In this document: one piece after another, positions 28,061 through 32,000 of the stretch
How the letters are laid out: every line of letters begins with the position of its first letter
Position numbering within the stretch: the first letter of the stretch is position 1
Assembly (NCBI GenBank): GCA_048882505.1
Contig: JBHLRO010000001.1
Coordinates: 1 to 32,000 of the forward strand
Length of the DNA: 32,000 nucleotides
DNA from: Candidatus Thorarchaeota archaeon
GTDB taxonomy: Archaea > Asgardarchaeota > Heimdallarchaeia > Hodarchaeales > Hodarchaeaceae
Direction: 5' to 3'
Translations under genes and position numbers: made by a program
Notes under the pieces: generated by a model
Database searches by the model: none
What the model was told of the DNA's origin: nothing
Seen by the model: the letters and a program-made list of their open reading frames with translations, nothing else

Positions 28061-29092
28061 CTGGAGGATGCCACGATCGAAAAAACCACTGATGGCCTGG
28101 TCGTAACCATTTTTGAGGATATTGGACCAACTAACATATACAATTCATCTCCTCTTAACGAAGATGAAGCATTAAACATGGCATTTAGATTGCTGACTGC
28201 GATGGGATCCGATTTTCCCGAACAGAATGAGATTAGATCGTATGGTCCTTTACCAACTCCCAAGGAACCACTTTTAACGCTAGGATTTTGCCTCACTTTA
28301 AAGCCTGGCAATACTGTTGATCAACGTATCGCCCAGTTTGGAAGGATTATTGTTTTTTGGATTATTACTCGATCCTATAGCATTATGCGTTACGTTGGGG
28401 TTATTAAAAAGTTACTAGAGAGAAGTTTACAGATATATGGTATCCAAACAGATACCGATCTTGACACAGAGACTATGAAGAAGATTGACGAGAGGATTCA
28501 GATCATAGATACTCGAATTGAAAGTTACTATGTCTCGCCCCGTGGGAAGGTGGAACCAATGTCTCATATCTCCCTAATATCCGCTGATGCTCCCATAATA
28601 CTCGTGGATCACTCTAACAAGCAAATAAAAGCGCTTATTAGAAAAGAATATACCCCTGGGCAGAAAAGTAAGGTTTTGCAAAGTATTAATGATTTCAAAC
28701 AGGAATTCAAACAAGGGATCATGTTCAAAGTCGAGATGATTAGTGAGCCATTCGAAATCCAGAGAGTCTTAACCAAATTTGGAATTGAAGCCCCATCTCA
28801 GAACGGGATTCATTTTAGAATTAAGTTAGATGATAGTTTGATTACCTTTGAAGATCTGGATGCTTTTTTTGAACAGAAATTGACTCCTCGCCGTCAGGAT
28901 GTTGTCAAGTTTGCCTTGAAATCTCTTCAAAACCGACGTGAAATAAGCATTGATGCATTATCCCGTCAGTCTGGATTGACTCCTGAATTGTTAATGCATT
29001 TATTCCTGGACGCAAAAGAAGCAGGATTGCTTCCCCAGATAACGATTGAGAATAATCTTGTATTTCTTAAGACCGCTGGTGATGATGACTAA
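28061..29092 (+). CDS. Longin/uDENN-like domain + possible gelsolin-like domain + C-terminal winged helix; start uncertain, upstream of the track's ATG at 28178
   Basis: The frame is open from 28049. The extension encodes GLVVTIFEDIGPTNIYN, homologous to GIVVSFFDQRHGPIPII of the receptor tail. C-terminal EISIDALSRQSGLTPELL..LF.DA...G is wHTH-like. Confidence 0.72.
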   Translation: MEDATIEKTTDGLVVTIFEDIGPTNIYNSSPLNEDEALNMAFRLLTAMGSDFPEQNEIRSYGPLPTPKEPLLTLGFCLTLKPGNTVDQRIAQFGRIIVFWIITRSYSIMRYVGVIKKLLERSLQIYGIQTDTDLDTETMKKIDERIQIIDTRIESYYVSPRGKVEPMSHISLISADAPIILVDHSNKQIKALIRKEYTPGQKSKVLQSINDFKQEFKQGIMFKVEMISEPFEIQRVLTKFGIEAPSQNGIHFRIKLDDSLITFEDLDAFFEQKLTPRRQDVVKFALKSLQNRREISIDALSRQSGLTPELLMHLFLDAKEAGLLPQITIENNLVFLKTAGDDD

Positions 29093-29097
29093 CCAAG

Positions 29098-30003
29098 CTA
29101 TAATAGATCAGTTATAACCGCTGCAAATTGGTCTATTTTTGCCATCAAAAATTGAATAGGTACCGTTTTTTCTGCTATTCCCGCAATGAGTAAATTTTCT
29201 TTTCCTTTAATTACTTGAGAGATTAAAAGATAGTTATTGGTTTCCAGAGCTGTTTTGTAGGTATCTGACATATTAAATTCTCTACGCAGCCTGTTCTTGT
29301 TGGAAAGCCATAAATTAGCAGGTAAAACGATTTTTTGGCTTAAAAAGCCTTCTTCTAGAACTGGCAATCCTTCCTCCGTATATAAGGCCATTCCAGAGAT
29401 TTCAGTATTGGTGTTAACGAAATTTTGTATTGCCTCTGAAACGGTTTTTACCGTACCTGACTGTATAATAAGTTTACGGATTATTTCGCCCATAACGTGA
29501 TAAACAGATTCAGTGAAAATTGAAGTAGAAAAATAGTAAACCTCAAAATCACTGGCCGCATTGAAATACCTTTTCATTGTGGCCTCTACTTTACCAACCA
29601 TCTCTGGTAAGAGTAGGTCGATCTTGTGAAATAAACAAAAAATAATGGATTCAGGAGAATATTCAATGAGCCGATTTACGGCGTGATCGAAGTAAAATTT
29701 GGAAGTTGAGATTTGATCGGGATCCCCTACATCTACTACCCAACACAGTATTTTTACATTAGTAAACATAAATTCTGCTTGGTCACCTATGAAAGCTGAA
29801 ATAAAGTTCTCCTGGCCGCCACAGTCAAAAATTTGAATTGCAGCATCAATGATTGTCTTTGCAGATCTGAAATAATTTATGGTTGCATCATAGTTCTTGA
29901 CTTCTTCGGGCGATTTTCCTTCAAACACAACTGAACGAATCGAACTCTTCCCACTAGCTCCAAGACCCATGAATAGTATTTTGTGAGGCGCTTGGGAATA
30001 CAT
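29098..30003 (-). CDS. Rag/Gtr1-like small GTPase with C-terminal roadblock domain (paralog 2)
   Basis: GLGASGKS, DATIN, DCGGQ, HKID, TSIFT; aligns end to end with 25193..26095 (over half identical by eye). Confidence 0.9.
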   Translation of the reverse strand: MYSQAPHKILFMGLGASGKSSIRSVVFEGKSPEEVKNYDATINYFRSAKTIIDAAIQIFDCGGQENFISAFIGDQAEFMFTNVKILCWVVDVGDPDQISTSKFYFDHAVNRLIEYSPESIIFCLFHKIDLLLPEMVGKVEATMKRYFNAASDFEVYYFSTSIFTESVYHVMGEIIRKLIIQSGTVKTVSEAIQNFVNTNTEISGMALYTEEGLPVLEEGFLSQKIVLPANLWLSNKNRLRREFNMSDTYKTALETNNYLLISQVIKGKENLLIAGIAEKTVPIQFLMAKIDQFAAVITDLL

Positions 30004-30284
30004 CGTTATAAAATCCCTAATTAATGAGGATATTATTGTATTTTTCCTAATTGGGAAATTTAAGCATTCTGAAAGAGGATTTAAAATGAAGCTGGAAACC
30101 TAAAACACTAAATTTTATTCCTTTCAGCTAAATATTTATCAAATTGTCGATTTTTATTTCAGAATCGGTACCTTGATCTTAATTATGTTGATAGCTCGGG
30201 CGTAGAATAGTTTTAACCGCCTTGGGGGAATTTTGTCGAAGAAAAATATTAAAAATCGTAGCCTGCTAAGGCAAACAAAGAACC

Positions 30285-31505
30285 ATGACAATAATATTTG
30301 TGTTTGGGGGCCAAAATAATGAAGGCTATCAAAAACCTCACATTCCCCAGCTGCTTGAGGAATTCGATCCAGAACGAAGGGAGAGGGCCCATTTGTACAG
30401 AAGAAAATCTCGACGTTACGGTCTTATCTTATGGATGTTTTCCGCACTTCTAGGACTCTGTGTACTTCTAACCAGAATTACGATTCACATCCAAGACTGG
30501 ATTATGGAGGGGATCTCTTCTGATTCCTTTATTGTTGTAGCCACGTTTTTCTCTCTAGCGTATATTGTAATTTCCGTTTGGGATCTACCTGTATCTTTCT
30601 ATCTGCATATTCAGCTAGGACGAAATTTCGGCCTATCAAAATTAACAAACCGTCAATGGGTCTTAAGGTATTTGAAGCGGTCAGGAATTGGATACGTGAT
30701 CTCTATTATTGCGGTTGAGGTCTTTTACTGGATTCTCCGTAACTACCCAGATGCCTGGTGGATCGGAACTGCCCTAGTTTCCTTGCTATTTACTGTTGTT
30801 TTAACCAATCTTGCTCCGATTCTCCTTTTACCACGTTTCTATAAATTCAAACCATTGGGTGATGACTATCCAACTCTTGCGGAAGAACTAATTGATATGG
30901 TGACTCAGGAAGGAGTAAAAACTACGGATGCATATACCTGGAATCTTGGAGCGACCAGTACTACTGGAAACGCGGCCCTACTTGGCTTGGGTAATACAAG
31001 ACGCATAATAATAGCAGATACTATGCTGAAACAATATACCCCACAAGAAATCAAGTGGATTCTTCTACATGAGCTTGCACATTTCAAAAACAAGGACCTA
31101 TGGAAAGGAATTTTAATTGGATCATTTACCACTCTTCTGCTGTTTTTTCTTACAGCCCAAATCTTCCCATCTTTGGCATTATTATTTGGTTATTCAACAG
31201 ATATAGACAATATTGGTAATATTCCGATTCTTGGCCTATCTTTTTCGTTTATATCGTTGCTACTATTCAATATTCCAAGATCGTGGTATTCAAGACGGCG
31301 TGAACAAGCTGCGGATAATTTTGCTACGAATCTGTTTCCGGATTTCAGAACTATTCGCAGTCTTTTTATCAAGCTGGCTGATCAAAACTTGACCGATATC
31401 AATCCACCATGGTGGGAAACTCTCCTATTCGCATCACATCCCCCAGTACAGAAAAGGATCCAAGAAGCTCGAAAACTCATTAAACTTACTGCCATCAATA
31501 TTTAG
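30285..31505 (+). CDS. M48 family (Ste24/CAAX prenyl protease-like) membrane zinc metalloprotease
   Basis: Multiple TM helices, GNAALLGLGNTRRIIIADT, HELAH (31068-31082), SRRREQAAD, SHPP..KRI; start uncertain. Confidence 0.9.
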   Translation: MTIIFVFGGQNNEGYQKPHIPQLLEEFDPERRERAHLYRRKSRRYGLILWMFSALLGLCVLLTRITIHIQDWIMEGISSDSFIVVATFFSLAYIVISVWDLPVSFYLHIQLGRNFGLSKLTNRQWVLRYLKRSGIGYVISIIAVEVFYWILRNYPDAWWIGTALVSLLFTVVLTNLAPILLLPRFYKFKPLGDDYPTLAEELIDMVTQEGVKTTDAYTWNLGATSTTGNAALLGLGNTRRIIIADTMLKQYTPQEIKWILLHELAHFKNKDLWKGILIGSFTTLLLFFLTAQIFPSLALLFGYSTDIDNIGNIPILGLSFSFISLLLFNIPRSWYSRRREQAADNFATNLFPDFRTIRSLFIKLADQNLTDINPPWWETLLFASHPPVQKRIQEARKLIKLTAINI

Positions 31506-31513
31506 GAACCAGG

Positions 31514-31521
31514 TTTTTTTT
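31514..31521 (+). terminator. Possible oligo-T terminator (T8) after the M48 peptidase gene
   Basis: T8 run 8 nt after the stop codon. Confidence 0.4.
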
Positions 31522-31622
31522 CCCTACGCGACTCCAAATTACTGTTAGAAGTTTTTTTAGAGGGTTTCTACCGTCTCAATGACTCTGTTGTCCTCTATAC
31601 TTTGTTCATACTAGTGGCCGTT

Positions 31623-32000
31623 TTAGCTTAGCATATTGAACAAATGCGGGACGTTTGCTTTCTCGAGATATCGGAAGAAATCGCGCATAAACCAGCTAAA
31701 CAAGAGCAGAATTATCGGTCCAATAATTCCAGTAAAAAAAATCAGTATTGACCAGAATTCAGCATTGCTTATTAGCAGTAACGCAAGAAGTAGACTATCC
31801 CCACCTGCTCCCACTCCTAACGCAAGTATAACAATCAAAAGCGAATTTAAAAAGGCTTTATCGAGTTCTGCCATTTCTTCTGTTCGAATGATTGCTCGAA
31901 TCCGCAACAAAATCCGTATGCCAATGAAGCTAACCAATAAGATTGGGAATCCAAAAGAAAAAAGGAATAAAACAGGATAAAAAGGATTGTTCTCAGAAAT
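31623..32000 (-). CDS. Multi-pass membrane protein of unknown function, 5' end beyond the right window edge
   Basis: The frame of the track's 31623..31937 ORF stays open to base 32000 (ISENNPFYPVLFLFSFGFPILLVSFIG...); at least three hydrophobic helices. Confidence 0.65.
   Translation of the reverse strand: MSENNPFYPVLFLFSFGFPILLVSFIGIRILLRIRAIIRTEEMAELDKAFLNSLLIVILALGVGAGGDSLLLALLLISNAEFWSILIFFTGIIGPIILLLFSWFMRDFFRYLEKANVPHLFNMLS

Noticed and set aside
25193-30003. Prenylation of the Rag-like GTPases by a CAAX pathway, suggested by the Ste24-like neighbour
   Set aside because: Their C-termini are EDLL and TDLL, with no cysteine
7757-31980. Short antisense or alternate-frame ORFs inside recognised genes (e.g. 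8339..8620, 9980..10402, 16916..17146, 25051..25293, 28033..28311, 31636..31980)
   Set aside because: Overlap well-supported CDSs and lack coding signatures

Overview
AT-rich prokaryotic window, very likely from an Asgard archaeon (inferred from two roadblock-fused Rag/Gtr1-type GTPases, longin/uDENN-like domains and frequent TTG/GTG starts). Two divergent, paralogous giant surface-protein genes dominate it: a minus-strand one (<1..6801, at least 2267 aa, missing from the ORF track because it runs off the left edge) and a plus-strand 3671-aa one. Both are built from DUF2341+LamG modules followed by ~95-aa Ig/cadherin-like repeats. Between them lie a PIG-L family deacetylase, a crotonase, a STAND-like NTPase-TPR protein and a 718-aa hendecad helical protein. 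Main observation: the 3671-aa protein is a single-pass receptor whose cytoplasmic tail looks like a longin/uDENN domain with a folliculin/SMCR8-type arginine-finger loop (SRGKQE). It lies 56 nt upstream of a RagA/Gtr1-like GTPase, and a second longin protein plus a second Rag-like GTPase follow after cysS. This suggests an extracellular-ligand-controlled GAP acting on a Rag-like GTPase pair. All domain calls are by-eye motif recognition, and the eukaryotic reference sequences are recalled from memory; no searches were run.
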